From positions 1 to 36,660 of the forward strand of contig KZ539008.1 of assembly GCA_000934665.2 (NCBI GenBank): DNA of 36,660 nucleotides, written 5' to 3'. A program made the translations under genes and the position numbers. The stretch is from Catajapyx aquilonaris (lineage: Eukaryota). Below, piece by piece: positions 34,601-36,660 of this stretch (within the stretch, counting starts at the first letter, position 1; the number at the start of each line of letters is the position of its first letter). The notes beneath the pieces are model-generated. The model was not told where the DNA came from. It made no database searches and saw nothing but the letters and a program-made list of their open reading frames with translations.

Positions 34601-36568
34601 TTCTCGGTGTATTTTTGTCCACAGTAAATGACACTTGAATATTAATTAGGGTGTAATTCGGGATAGTCCATTTTGGGCGATGATATTAATATACAGTAGA
34701 TATGCAAGGTGGTGAAAGAAAACCTGAATGGCATCTTGGCCTCATTTTGACAGTCATCCTTGGATTAAAAGGCACTAACCATTGATAAAGAATCACTTTC
34801 GAAGGTGTAACATGTTAGATATGTGTTCATGGCATGCACATATTACAGCCAAAGTAACGGCTCTAGCGTGCTGTTACTGTATATTCTCCCAGCAAAATAA
34901 GGTCGAGTGGGGGCCTACGATTAAAGAATAGCCATAGCGCATGCAACTTTTTCAGAAGCCCATTATGCAGTACATTTGCACATGCCCTTGTTGGTCACAC
35001 GACCAAAGGTAAGCGGTGACCCATGGCAGCAACCATTATATCAACATGGGGAATGGCATCAGCAAAGTACTAAGCAATGATAAAGCTTATGGCACTCGAC
35101 TAATTTCAACAAATTTAAACTATGCTGGGATTAATAGACAGGTATCAGATTAGATTAGCCTAGGTCATGTTTCGATGAGTAATATTACAGCACACCTAGG
35201 TTACACCCATCACGGTGTACCTGATGTCCTTGTGTACTTCCAACAATTTCCGACCTCAATAACTTTTGACGTGATGAAACTGACAACAATTGAATCGGAC
35301 AACACGTGGTAATGCCTTTTGCCTGCTGGCTATACGTGCTGTGGCCAGTAAGGGCATCTCATAAACAAACACCACCAAGTAAATATAGCGCTCTTTATGA
35401 ATCTATCGGCCGCCTCATCCTTAACGCCATTCACTATCTAACATCTACCAGGCGAACCATAAAGATTTTGCGCTGCTAGCAAGTCAATTGACGTCACAAT
35501 CCCCGGGGCCAGATTGTTGTCCGGGATAACACACCATCAACATTCCTGAAGCAACTTTTTCGAAGGTCAGCATTAAAAAATACAGCATAATACAAAAATG
35601 CGATGACGCGTGTCCTGCTGCACATCTGCAGTCACGATTAAAACGTAACCTGCGTATAAGACAAGTCAGCAGAAAATAGACATAAAATCTAGCCGCCCTT
35701 ATCCAACAGGTCAAGGGGCAGAAACACAGGAACATTTCTAGAAGTCGTACCGGGGTAGTCCCCGGAACTACATATTAGTAGAATTTAAACATGTAGATCA
35801 TAGCTGATCGGGTGCAAAAGACGAGCGAATGGATGTGTGTGAAAGTCCTCGTCCAGTCATGTTGTCGAGGCAGCTTCCAACCAAGGGTGGTGCAGCGTGT
35901 CTATGACGTCAATGCTGACCTCCAGAGTCCACATGCCAGGGAGGGTATAGCAGAAAAGAAGAGAAAGGGCCGACCCTAACCAAACGGTGTACTCAAAAAA
36001 CGAGTGAGAAAAAAAGGAGGCAAAAGAGTGCAGGATGTCACGGATTTCAGACGATCAAAAACTGGGAGAAAAAATATCTGCGAAATCATGGTGCAATAAT
36101 TCAGGATTTCCGATTCTCGTACTAATGATGACGTCTATGATGGTGCAATTAGTTCAAGCGAAGGAAACGTGTACCTGTGGCCTCTAAGGCTGACCCTTTA
36201 CCGCCTGCATATATGCTACATACACCGTGAGACTCCGATTGGAGAAGGAACAGCCATCATTGACATTACTTCAGGATAAATTCAATGAACGGGCCAAAAC
36301 CAACATATACAACGCAGGACAAGAGTAGATATACTGTGTATATAAGGTCTGTCGTCATCAACAATATGTGTACGGATGGCAGCGGTGGTGGAATATGACG
36401 CCGATATTCATACTTCTCATGCAAGGTTGATCTATTGAAAGGCCAGCGTAAACAATTCGCATTCACGATCTGCATTTGGATCCGGGCTCACCTGATGGGA
36501 CGTTGGAATTTACATTGAGCTACAGGGAGTTTGTTATTAGCACTGTATGTCTTGTGATGCAGGTTATA

Positions 36569-36660
36569 CAGGGTGTAAATGAATTCAACCGACAAACTTC
36601 TAGGGGTGATAGAGGGGACCAAGACAAACATTTTTGACATAGGAAACCGTGTCCGGAAAC
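36569..36660. mobile_element. Left end of a TA-CAGGGTG Tc1/mariner-type element running off the window
   Basis: tatacagggtg terminus followed by ..tgatagaggggacc.., resembling the ..tgatagaggggatc.. of the 27866 element. Confidence 0.55.

Larger units (their letters stand above)
14181..35911. promoter_or_regulatory. Extended non-coding, CpG-rich domain enriched for CRE/ATF (bZIP) motifs
   Basis: TGACGTCA at 16043, 18668, 21806, 24852, 29530, 31089, 31999, 35489, 35904, plus 13 TGCGTCA/TGACGCA and several AP-1 TGA(C/G)TCA. No credible coding exon beyond 17825. Confidence 0.55.

Noticed and set aside
18100..36560. Numerous 60-146 aa ORFs in the right half
   Set aside because: None resembles a known protein, transposase or reverse transcriptase, and lengths are consistent with chance. 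Small exons of a gene with long introns cannot be excluded without RNA data.

Overview
Eukaryotic genomic DNA, most likely from an arthropod (probably an insect), with one assembly gap (N-run 2442-2691). The left half holds three tightly packed, spliced genes whose exons join in frame by hand. TFIIE-alpha is on the - strand (3 coding exons, 404 aa). It is head-to-head, 308 bp ATG-to-ATG, with the DNA primase small subunit PRIM1 (+, 6 exons, 410 aa). PRIM1 is tail-to-tail, 357 bp stop-to-stop, with an inositol-1,4,5-trisphosphate 3-kinase of the IP3K1 type (-, 5 exons, ~449 aa; first exon inferred at 17685-17825). A probable first exon of a fourth gene lies at ~1491-2250 (-). Introns and intergenic DNA carry many non-autonomous DNA transposons (hAT-, Tc1/mariner/pogo-, piggyBac- and PIF-like MITEs), several with perfect target-site duplications and one nested at least three deep. 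The right ~19 kb has no recognisable coding sequence. It is CpG-rich and strongly enriched for CRE/ATF motifs (9 perfect TGACGTCA plus 13 TGACGCA/TGCGTCA by manual scan), which suggests a large cAMP/Ca2+/stress-responsive regulatory domain. That is the most unusual signal I found. I see no evidence of a novel protein-coding system, CRISPR array or RNA gene.
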